Shown in pieces: positions 10,821 to 18,751 of a stretch of DNA of 53,522 bases. Each line of letters begins with the position of its first letter. Position 1 is the first letter of the stretch. Made by a program: the position numbers and the translations under genes. The notes beneath the pieces are model-generated. The model did not search any database. It was not told where the DNA came from and worked only from the letters and a program-made list of their open reading frames with translations. Source of the DNA: a virus (lineage: Duplodnaviria > Caudoviricetes); the IMG/VR virus record IMGVR_UViG_3300030376_000674, positions 1-53,522 of that record. One strand, given 5' to 3'.

Positions 10821-11107
10821 TGAACAGTAATCAATGGATGGATATACTAGAAACTGTAGGCATACCTGCTGCTTTTGCAGTAGCTGCTGGATGGATGGTA
10901 TACAAACTATTTAATGCTTTGATTGCTGACATACATAAAAAACTAGATACTCAACATGGAATGATAGTTGCATTGATAGATAGAGTAAGACAAATAGATA
11001 ACGATATAATAAGAATAGACACAATGTGTCGTACAGCTATGGGAGTACCTGTAGATGTAGATAGACTAGCGAGGGCAGATGGGAAGAAAGACCAAAGAAA
11101 AGATTGA
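10820..11107 (+). CDS. Small membrane protein with coiled-coil tail
   Basis: N-terminal TM (VGIPAAFAVAAGWMVY); coupled to neighbours. Confidence 0.7.
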   Translation: MNSNQWMDILETVGIPAAFAVAAGWMVYKLFNALIADIHKKLDTQHGMIVALIDRVRQIDNDIIRIDTMCRTAMGVPVDVDRLARADGKKDQRKD

Positions 11108-11555
11108 ATTAGGAACTTTAATAGGAATATTTATAATTTCAGTATTAGGTGTGAGTAATGCACATGCTGATGAAATGGTACATAAGTTTAAGAACCCATC
11201 ATTTAGTGGTATAGGTACGTCTGCACATTACCTTACCATAGAGAATCAAGAGTTCACTAGAAAGATGACTATAAAAGAAGAACTCAAAGCCTTGCAAGAA
11301 CAAATAGAAAGAGATAAAGAGAACACAACACTTGCTAGATTTATTAGAAACTTAGAATCTAGAATATATGCACAATTATCCAGACAATTAGTAGAGAATT
11401 TGTTTGGAGAAAATCCCAGCACAAGTGGAATACTAACCTTAGAGGGTAATACTATAGAATATAGTATAGAAGATGGAATAATAACATTAACTATAACAGC
11501 AAGCGATGGAACACAAACAGTTATTCAGTTGCCTATTGGTGATTTTTCTTTCTAG
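11079..11555 (+). CDS. csgF: Curli assembly component CsgF-like
   Basis: Signal peptide ending AHA, then MVHKFKNPSFSG (cf. CsgF FxNPxFGG), F..NLESRIYAQLSRQL and a C-terminal beta-rich part; directly upstream of csgG. Confidence 0.85.
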   Translation: MGRKTKEKIELGTLIGIFIISVLGVSNAHADEMVHKFKNPSFSGIGTSAHYLTIENQEFTRKMTIKEELKALQEQIERDKENTTLARFIRNLESRIYAQLSRQLVENLFGENPSTSGILTLEGNTIEYSIEDGIITLTITASDGTQTVIQLPIGDFSF

Positions 11556-12315
11556 TGGATGTGCAGTATTAAGTGAGAATAACGATTTAGTTCTAACGAA
11601 AAAGATACAGCCCTCAACTATATTAGAAATACAATCAGATGAGCTATTTGACATGCCTGGTGCTAAACAGCAGCCAGTTGTCGCAGTATATCCTAACAGT
11701 TTTAAAGATTTAACAGGCCAAAGAAGAAGTAATAGTTCTTTTGCCTTATTTAGTACAGCCATAACACAAGCTCCAGAAGCAATACTGATAAGAGCTTTGA
11801 AGCATACAGCAGATGGCAAGTTCTTCAAAGTAGTAGAACGTGTGGGACTTGATGACCTCACAAAAGAAAGACAACTAATTAGGACAACTCGTAAAGAGTT
11901 TGAACAAGATGCAAAATTACAGCCTTTGCTTTTTGCAGGGCTTATGTTCCAGGGTGGAGTAATTAGCTATGAAGCTAATATTCAATCTGGAGGATTGGGA
12001 GCTAGGTATCTAGGTATAGGTAATAGCAAACAATATCGAGAAGATACTGTAATCATTTCACTACGATTGGTTTCAGTATCTACAGGTGAGGTGTTGATAG
12101 AGACATCAGTTTCTAAAAGCATTTTATCTACAAGTGTTTCTCAGGATGTATTCCGTTTTATTGAAGCTGGCACAGAGTTAGTAGAAATAGAAGGAGGAGT
12201 TGCTGAGAACGAATCTATCGCTATTGCTTTGACGAAAGCAGTAGAGACAGGTGTACTAAATATAATAAAAATAGGAATAGAGAGAGGCTATTGGGAATAT
12301 GAAGAATCTAATTAG
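11506..12315 (+). CDS. csgG: Curli secretion channel lipoprotein CsgG-like
   Basis: Lipobox LSSGC; VAVY..FKDLTGQRR, FSTAITQ, F.VVERVGLDDLTKERQLIR, GLGARYLGIG.SKQYR.D. Confidence 0.92.
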   Translation: MEHKQLFSCLLVIFLSSGCAVLSENNDLVLTKKIQPSTILEIQSDELFDMPGAKQQPVVAVYPNSFKDLTGQRRSNSSFALFSTAITQAPEAILIRALKHTADGKFFKVVERVGLDDLTKERQLIRTTRKEFEQDAKLQPLLFAGLMFQGGVISYEANIQSGGLGARYLGIGNSKQYREDTVIISLRLVSVSTGEVLIETSVSKSILSTSVSQDVFRFIEAGTELVEIEGGVAENESIAIALTKAVETGVLNIIKIGIERGYWEYEESN

Positions 12316-13009
12316 TATATTAGTTATGTTATCGTTAAGTGTAATGGCAGATGATAATGAGATATATATTGACCAATCAGGAGCTACAGCTAATATTGAT
12401 TTAGAGCAGTTAGGAGATGATGGAAACATTATCGGAGGGTTAGAGTCATCAGCAGGAAATTTAACACCGTTGGATTTAGATGGAGATAATCTTACATTAG
12501 ACATAAATCAAATAGGTGGTTCTAATACTTTTCTAGGAGATATTTGGGCTGATAACTTTACAGGCTATTTTAATTTTGATGGAAGCAGTAATGATTTCAC
12601 AATTCAAGTAGACCCAAGCAACACTTATGGTGCAGACGGCTCAGATGTCAACATTGACGTTTCAGGAAGTAGTAATGATTTTACATTAGACCTGGCTACA
12701 ACAGCTATGGCTAGTAATACAGACCTTGACTGGATTGTAAATGGAGATGGAAACGTATTTGATTTCGACATTAATTATGATGGAGCTACAAACTATGTAG
12801 ATGTTGATGGTGATTCAAACACAGTAAACTTTGAGGGGAGTGGCTATGCTGGTGGGTATTTTTACCTAGACCAAACAGGCGACTCACGGACTTTTGACAT
12901 CCAACAATTAAGCACATTAAATAATGATTGGCTCAAGATTATATCCAATGGTTCTAATGGTACTTTGTGTATTATCCAAGACGATAATGGCACAGCCGTT
13001 GGATGCTAG
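12299..13009 (+). CDS. Secreted curlin-like beta-repeat protein
   Basis: Sec signal; N.IYIDQSG, IDLEQLG..N, LDINQIGGSN and about 23-aa xDGxSNxFxI repeats; D/N/G-rich; follows csgG. Confidence 0.7.
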   Translation: MKNLISILVMLSLSVMADDNEIYIDQSGATANIDLEQLGDDGNIIGGLESSAGNLTPLDLDGDNLTLDINQIGGSNTFLGDIWADNFTGYFNFDGSSNDFTIQVDPSNTYGADGSDVNIDVSGSSNDFTLDLATTAMASNTDLDWIVNGDGNVFDFDINYDGATNYVDVDGDSNTVNFEGSGYAGGYFYLDQTGDSRTFDIQQLSTLNNDWLKIISNGSNGTLCIIQDDNGTAVGC

Positions 13010-14033
13010 TATTGGTAACATAACAGAACTTAACGGTGCAGGCAGGGTTATAAGAGATAAACCTTATAATGCTGCCTTATCGTTTAACATAGAAAGTTTT
13101 GACAATGTTCAAACTTCAGAAGGTCGTATAGGAATTACATTTCTAGACGATAGTCAGGTCAGATTGACAGAGCATTCTGAACTTATCATAGATGAGTTTA
13201 TCTACGACCCTGACCCATCTAAATCTAAGATGGCTTTACAGTTTGCAAGTGGTACTGCAAGATTTATTACAGGCAAACTTGCAACAATAAATAAAGAAAA
13301 TATTTTTATAGAGACCCCAAGTGCGACCATTGGTATTCGTGGTACAGACTTTACGATTACCATAGATGAGCTTGGCAGGTCTCTTATTATTTTATTGCCT
13401 GACGAAAATGGTTTACCAAGTGGAGAGATAGTAGTAGCTACAGCTATGGGTGAGGTTGTTTTAAATCAGCCGTATCAAGCTACATCAGTATCTACATTTG
13501 AAAGTGAGCCTGCAAAGCCTGTAGTGTTGGACATAACTACAGAGCTAATAGATAACATGTTAATAGTTAGTCCACCAAAAGAGGAGTATAGTCTTGCTGA
13601 GGAAAGTGTGTCAGATAGTAATAGTAATATACTTGATGTTGACTATCTTGAGTTTGAAGACTTGGATGTAGATTTACTAAAAGATGACAGCTTAGAATTT
13701 ACAGAGCTAGATATAAATTATTTAGATGTAAATTTTTTAGAAGACTTACTAGATATAATAGAAGAAGTAAACGAGCTAGATGAGACAGAAAGTATATTAA
13801 GAACAGATATAAATTTAAAAGGAACACAGGTTGGTTTTGACCCTAATACACAGATAAATACTTTTATTACAGACCAACAAATATCTTTCTTTAGAAGTAT
13901 AGAACAAACAGTAAGAATAGATTTAGATAAAGCAGGAGCTTATACCGTTATACTAATACAAGATGGTAAGAGTACACAGCTAATAGTAAATGGTGGTGGC
14001 GATTCTGTTATAAAAATTACACAGAGTAACTAA
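12924..14033 (+). CDS. FecR-domain periplasmic protein (start probably 12948)
   Basis: Signal-like N-terminus; D.VQT..GRIGITFLDDSQVRLTEHSEL and IETPSATIGIRGTDF are FecR-domain motifs; acidic C-half. Confidence 0.85.
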   Translation: MIGSRLYPMVLMVLCVLSKTIMAQPLDASIGNITELNGAGRVIRDKPYNAALSFNIESFDNVQTSEGRIGITFLDDSQVRLTEHSELIIDEFIYDPDPSKSKMALQFASGTARFITGKLATINKENIFIETPSATIGIRGTDFTITIDELGRSLIILLPDENGLPSGEIVVATAMGEVVLNQPYQATSVSTFESEPAKPVVLDITTELIDNMLIVSPPKEEYSLAEESVSDSNSNILDVDYLEFEDLDVDLLKDDSLEFTELDINYLDVNFLEDLLDIIEEVNELDETESILRTDINLKGTQVGFDPNTQINTFITDQQISFFRSIEQTVRIDLDKAGAYTVILIQDGKSTQLIVNGGGDSVIKITQSN

Positions 14034-15763
14034 TGAGATGGGCTAGTTTATTATTAGGATTATTGGCTTTGCCTTTGTTATTTAATGTAGCTCCGTTAGA
14101 AACATTAAGACTTAAAACATTTGACAGGCTAGTAGATACACCTGACCCTACAGGGTATTTTACAATACTTAATATAACTGAAGAGTTTATTGATAGTCAA
14201 GGTGGTTATCCACTACCTAGAGAAACACTAGCAGATATACACATAAAGCTTTTACAAGAAGGAGCAATAGGTGTCGGATGGACTATGTTATTTCCCCATC
14301 CAGATAGACTAGGAGGAGATGAAAAGTTTGCTGAAGTCTTATCATTTTCTCCTAGTATACTTGCAATGCCTGAAGTACCTAATGGCATATATCCTAAAAC
14401 ACATGGTACAGTCATCCGAGGGCCAGAGGTAAATCTACCAAAAGCCCAAGGATTTTTACAGAACATAGACATACTTAAAAATAATTCTAGTCAAGGAGCT
14501 GTCTCTGCTCCTGTAGATGTAGATAATCTTGTCAGACAAATACCTTTGATACAGCAAACACCTAGTGGATGGGTCGCATCTTTTGGGACTGAGGTATTAA
14601 AAGTATTAGGTGGTGGTAATACATATCAGATTATTACTAATGAGAATGGTATAGAGATGGTAAGAGTAAGAGGACTAGACCCTATACCTACTGACAGTTA
14701 TGGACGTAAGTGGATTAGTTGGGTTGATACACCACAGACTACACTAGATAATTTAGATGTAGCAGGTAAGTTTGTCTTCGTAGGTTTTACAGCTAAAGGT
14801 ATAACCAGTCAGCTAGCAACTCCTGTTGGATTGCTTGAGCCTCACAAAATCCAGGCAGCTCTTGCCGAGTCAATATTATTAGATACACCACAGATACCAG
14901 ACTACAGATTATTTGTAGAGCTACTACTATTATGTGTCTCTGGTCTTCTTATAGCTCTTGTAATACGTTCTTTTGGTATGACCCTATCAATGGTATTAGC
15001 TGGTGGCTTGTTTGCTTCAGTAGGTTATCTTGGATATTACTTTGTATCTCTTGGATATTTAATTGACGTTACATGGAGTATGACATGTATGACACTTATA
15101 TCTTTACAACAATTTTATTTAAGGTTTAGACAACAATATAGATTACGACAGCAGATAAAGAAACAGTTTGAACATTACCTTGACCCCAGACAAGTAGCTA
15201 GGCTACAAAAAAATCCAGGGCTTTTGAAACTAGGTGGTGAAAGAAAAAGATGTACGATTATGTTTACAGATGTCAGAGGCTTTACAAGTCTATCAGAAAA
15301 GCTAGAGCCTGAAGAAGTTATAAAGATTATGAACAAAGCTTTGACTGTCCAAGCTGATGCCGTCCAAAGAAATGGAGGGATGGTAGATAAATATATAGGT
15401 GATGCGATGATGGCTGTATGGAATGCTCCACTAGATGTAGACAATCAAGAACAGCTTGCTATTGAAACAGCTCTTCAAATACAACACGACATGCAAGAAG
15501 CAGAGTTAGAAGTTGAAATTGGTATAGGAATAAATACAGGCATAGTTTGTGTAGGGAATATGGGGTCGGCTTCCAGGTTTGAATATAGTTGTTTAGGTGA
15601 TGCTGTAAATTTAGCTGCTCGTTTGGAGTCTTCATGTAAGTCTGTTGGTAAAAATTTAGTCATAGGTGAGGAGACAATTAAGAATTATCAGGGTGAATAT
15701 ACAGAATTAGACCCTATTTTTGTAAAAGGTAAGGAAAAAGAGGTAAAAATCTACACAATATAG
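14033..15763 (+). CDS. CHASE2-domain membrane adenylate cyclase (class III)
   Basis: N-terminal TM, CHASE2-like periplasmic region (GGYPLPR, D.DNLVRQIPL), 3 TMs, then FTDVRGFT, DKYIGDAMMA, GIGINTG, GDAVNLAARLE. Confidence 0.92.
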   Translation: MRWASLLLGLLALPLLFNVAPLETLRLKTFDRLVDTPDPTGYFTILNITEEFIDSQGGYPLPRETLADIHIKLLQEGAIGVGWTMLFPHPDRLGGDEKFAEVLSFSPSILAMPEVPNGIYPKTHGTVIRGPEVNLPKAQGFLQNIDILKNNSSQGAVSAPVDVDNLVRQIPLIQQTPSGWVASFGTEVLKVLGGGNTYQIITNENGIEMVRVRGLDPIPTDSYGRKWISWVDTPQTTLDNLDVAGKFVFVGFTAKGITSQLATPVGLLEPHKIQAALAESILLDTPQIPDYRLFVELLLLCVSGLLIALVIRSFGMTLSMVLAGGLFASVGYLGYYFVSLGYLIDVTWSMTCMTLISLQQFYLRFRQQYRLRQQIKKQFEHYLDPRQVARLQKNPGLLKLGGERKRCTIMFTDVRGFTSLSEKLEPEEVIKIMNKALTVQADAVQRNGGMVDKYIGDAMMAVWNAPLDVDNQEQLAIETALQIQHDMQEAELEVEIGIGINTGIVCVGNMGSASRFEYSCLGDAVNLAARLESSCKSVGKNLVIGEETIKNYQGEYTELDPIFVKGKEKEVKIYTI

Positions 15764-15885
15764 TGTAAATGCTCTCTCGCTTACGGAGAGGCTCTCTAAC
15801 GAATTTTATGTCTTTTGATACCTAGAGCATTACTTACATGCTTTCCGTTCAATACAGAGCATTCTGTGAGGTCGATTTTCTCACA
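15764..15885. other. Structured intergenic region where the two arms converge
   Basis: TGTAA-ATGCTCT (15764-75) can pair with AGAGCAT..TTACA (15824-38); hairpins CTCTC/GAGAG and TGTGAG/CTCACA. Confidence 0.45.
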
Positions 15886-16105
15886 AAGCCTGAATTTCAC
15901 GTTGCAAGTACACATGTAATGGTTCAAGCTTCGCTTTTGCTCTTTGAAGTAAAACTCTGATGATTTGTCTATCCATTTCTGAAAATACTACATCAACTTT
16001 ATCAACTGGAAACTCAGATATTTCTGAGACTATCTTCCCCTCTGGTGTTAGTAGCACCGAAAAACTTATTAAGTTACCATCACTCTTTTGTTTTTTCCTC
16101 TTCAT
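15881..16105 (-). CDS. Hypothetical protein
   Basis: 74 aa, AAGGA RBS, last gene of the minus arm. Confidence 0.7.
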   Translation of the reverse strand: MKRKKQKSDGNLISFSVLLTPEGKIVSEISEFPVDKVDVVFSEMDRQIIRVLLQRAKAKLEPLHVYLQREIQAL

Positions 16106-16523
16106 TTCTATTCCTTAATTCTGTAGTGCTAAATCTATGTCCCCTCTTGTTATAATATATTTCTATTCCTCTTTCTTTACATAGGCCTTTACCTGTGAAT
16201 ATTGCATTTCTATATTCTTCTCCTATGATTCTTACATCAATAGGGAAAGTATATAAAATATCTTCCAACTCATGCTCTCTATGATAAACCACAATATCGT
16301 CCACCCATCTGATACCTTTTAATTGTATCTGCCTTTCTACAATACTTTGTAAAGGTTTGTTTTTTTCTGGTCTATCTGTTGAGGGGTCAGTCTGTAATGC
16401 TACTATTAGATAGTCACATACCGTCTTGGCCTCCTCTAACATAGTGACATGACCTGCATGTAATAAATCAAATGCACCACAGGTAATGCCTACTTTAGAT
16501 TTAAGTCCTAGAAAACTTCTCAT
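16080..16523 (-). CDS. Cytidylyltransferase (TagD / glycerol-3-phosphate CT-like)
   Basis: TCGAFDLLHAGH (HxGH), ER..QL..IRWVD, C-terminal R...FSTTELR. Confidence 0.85.
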   Translation of the reverse strand: MRSFLGLKSKVGITCGAFDLLHAGHVTMLEEAKTVCDYLIVALQTDPSTDRPEKNKPLQSIVERQIQLKGIRWVDDIVVYHREHELEDILYTFPIDVRIIGEEYRNAIFTGKGLCKERGIEIYYNKRGHRFSTTELRNRNEEEKTKE

Positions 16524-17497
16524 TATTCTGACAAGTCTGCAAAGGTAATATTTTTATGACTACCTCTCAGTCCTGCTTTCATATACGTAGTAGCTCTACC
16601 TTCAAAGAAGTTCTGGTGTTCTACTCCCATGACTTCATCTAACCAAGGTAAAGGATTCTCACTTTGTTTATAGTTTGGTTTTAAACCAAGTTGTAATAAT
16701 CTTCTATCAGCTATGTATCTGTTGTACTTATACATATCGTCTTTAGTTAAGCCTTGAATATCTCCCATATCAAATACTAAATCTAAAAATTTATCTTCAA
16801 GCTTTACCATCTCTCTACATATTTGATAGATTTCTTTTTTAAATTCATCAGTCCATATCTCTAAGTTTTCTTGTATGAACTCTCTAAATAATTTAGTCAT
16901 AGCTTCTACATGTAATGATTCATCACGAATAGAATATGTAACTATCTGACCCATGCCTTTCATTTTTCCAAATCTAGGAAAGTTTAATAAGATTGCAAAG
17001 CTACTAAATAATTGTAGTCCTTCTGTAAAAGCAGAGTAAACTGCTAGGGTTTTAGCTATAGTCTTTCTATCAGACTTCAATGGTTTAAAATTACCTACGT
17101 AGTCATGCTTATCTGACATCTCTTCATACTCAGCAAATGCTTTGTATTCTATCTCAGGCATTCCTACTGTATCTAATAATAAACTATAAGCATCTTGGTG
17201 TATTGATTCCATATTAGCAAAAGATGACATCATCATTCTTGCTTCTGGTTTCTTAAACATAGGCATGTATTTGTCTATATACCCAGCACCTACATCTACA
17301 TCTGATTGTGTAAACAATCTAAAGATTTGTGTAAGTAAATACTTTTCGTTCTCTGATACATCTTGCCAGTCTTTTACATCATTATGTAAAGGGACTGACT
17401 CAGGCATCCAATGCATTTGATTCTGTAATTTATAGTAATCATACATCCATGGATATTCAAACGGTTTGTAATAATCTCTATCAGCTAATAGTGCCAT
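16523..17497 (-). CDS. nrdB: Ribonucleotide reductase class I beta subunit
   Basis: HW.PE.V, FTQSDVDV, ESIHQDAY (radical Tyr present), EGLQLFSSF, IRDESLH, NFFE.RAT.Y. Confidence 0.95.
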   Translation of the reverse strand: MALLADRDYYKPFEYPWMYDYYKLQNQMHWMPESVPLHNDVKDWQDVSENEKYLLTQIFRLFTQSDVDVGAGYIDKYMPMFKKPEARMMMSSFANMESIHQDAYSLLLDTVGMPEIEYKAFAEYEEMSDKHDYVGNFKPLKSDRKTIAKTLAVYSAFTEGLQLFSSFAILLNFPRFGKMKGMGQIVTYSIRDESLHVEAMTKLFREFIQENLEIWTDEFKKEIYQICREMVKLEDKFLDLVFDMGDIQGLTKDDMYKYNRYIADRRLLQLGLKPNYKQSENPLPWLDEVMGVEHQNFFEGRATTYMKAGLRGSHKNITFADLSE

Positions 17498-17714
17498 CCT
17501 CTTCTACCTCCCCTAAAAGTTTTTTAAGCCCACTTATATGTTCGTCTGCTTCATTATATTTTTTTATCAGTCCATCTAATGTTCCAATTAAATTAGGATG
17601 GTCTGCTACTCCTACTGGATTTTCAAAGTAAGTCATTATCTCTACCTTGGCCTCCTGTTTCTGTGCTTCGTATTTACAAAACAAAGCTTGTACTACTTGT
17701 TGTTGTAATTTCAT
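17481..17714 (-). CDS. Hypothetical protein
   Basis: 77 aa, AGGAG RBS, NPVGVADHP motif. Confidence 0.75.
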   Translation of the reverse strand: MKLQQQVVQALFCKYEAQKQEAKVEIMTYFENPVGVADHPNLIGTLDGLIKKYNEADEHISGLKKLLGEVEEDGTIS

Positions 17715-17863
17715 TTGTTCTCCTTATATCTTTTATCTGGTGTCCCATCTTTTTTGAGACGTACCGTTTTTGGTTTTCTTTTTTCTTCTAGACCCACCAT
17801 TCTAATTATCTTATGTAATCTAGTAGACTTCATTAGTTTATGTAAGTATTTAACGAATCGCAT
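17711..17863 (-). CDS. Small basic protein, 50 aa (not in ORF track)
   Basis: Read by hand: MRFVKYLHKLMKSTRLHKIIRMVGLEEKRKPKTVRLKKDGTPDKRYKENK; GGAGG RBS; fills the gap exactly with an ATGA overlap. Confidence 0.65.
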   Translation of the reverse strand: MRFVKYLHKLMKSTRLHKIIRMVGLEEKRKPKTVRLKKDGTPDKRYKENK

Positions 17864-18416
17864 ATATGTCCTCCCCTTCTGTCCATGTTAAATAACCCTG
17901 GCCTTGTAATATATCTACAGCTTTGATGTCATCAATATGTTTGTGTTCCATCTTTATAAATGTAGGTTTAACATCCCAGGTGTAATCTTCTATAATATTC
18001 ATCTCATGTCCTTCGACATCTATCTTCAGAAAATCTATAGTTCTTACTTCATTCTCATAAATAATTGTATCTAATCTTTTACAAGGAACTTCTATAACTT
18101 TATCTAGAAATTCTTTTTTACTCCAAGCTTCATACTCAAATATCCTACCACCTTTATGGTTGTCTGCTACGATAGATGACATTCCTCTGACAGCTCTATC
18201 TGTATGGTCTTGTTTAGATACACCAAACTCTATCATGCCGTCATAATCAGAGACAGCATACGGTAGAGTTATTACATTATCATAGTCTTCCATAACCCTA
18301 TTCATATTTTTAAATGCCTGTGGGTTAGGCTCTATCATAATTCCTTGCCAGCCATTATCAGCTAACTTCTGACAAGTATCAAAATCACACGTTCCTATTT
18401 CTATAAATGTTTTCAT
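17850..18416 (-). CDS. FkbM-family SAM-dependent methyltransferase
   Basis: FIEIG, GIMIEPNP, AVSDYDG, V.CKRLDTI, IDFLKIDVEGHE. Confidence 0.88.
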   Translation of the reverse strand: MKTFIEIGTCDFDTCQKLADNGWQGIMIEPNPQAFKNMNRVMEDYDNVITLPYAVSDYDGMIEFGVSKQDHTDRAVRGMSSIVADNHKGGRIFEYEAWSKKEFLDKVIEVPCKRLDTIIYENEVRTIDFLKIDVEGHEMNIIEDYTWDVKPTFIKMEHKHIDDIKAVDILQGQGYLTWTEGEDIYAIR

Positions 18417-18751
18417 TTCTTCCTCTTATGCAATTTAATAAAAAATTCTGCATCAATAACTATTAGTGGTTTATGCCTGTTCTTTTTTATAACAACTAGG
18501 GGTTCATATTTTCCACAATTTTCCGATGCTTGTTTGTAGGATGTCCAGACATTGACTCGTTCCTGATTTTTACATTCAACTGAGTAAGGAAAATTCTTCC
18601 TTGCAGCTCTTGCCATAATAAGGTCTTCACCAGAAGAACCCATAGGCCTACTTTCAATATCTTCAACATGTATCTTTAATTCTTTTATAAGTTGGTCTCT
18701 AGTCCACTTTTGTAGATTACGACCTTTTGCTTTAGCTGATTGTGTTTTCAT
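18413..18751 (-). CDS. Holliday-junction-resolvase-like PD-(D/E)XK endonuclease
   Basis: SAKAKGR..Q, GEDL, SVECKNQE, PLVVIKKN. Confidence 0.75.
   Translation of the reverse strand: MKTQSAKAKGRNLQKWTRDQLIKELKIHVEDIESRPMGSSGEDLIMARAARKNFPYSVECKNQERVNVWTSYKQASENCGKYEPLVVIKKNRHKPLIVIDAEFFIKLHKRKK

Noticed and set aside
15865-15885. TGTGA...TCACA after the cyclase gene as a CRP site
   Set aside because: Spacer is 11 bp rather than 6; better read as a hairpin
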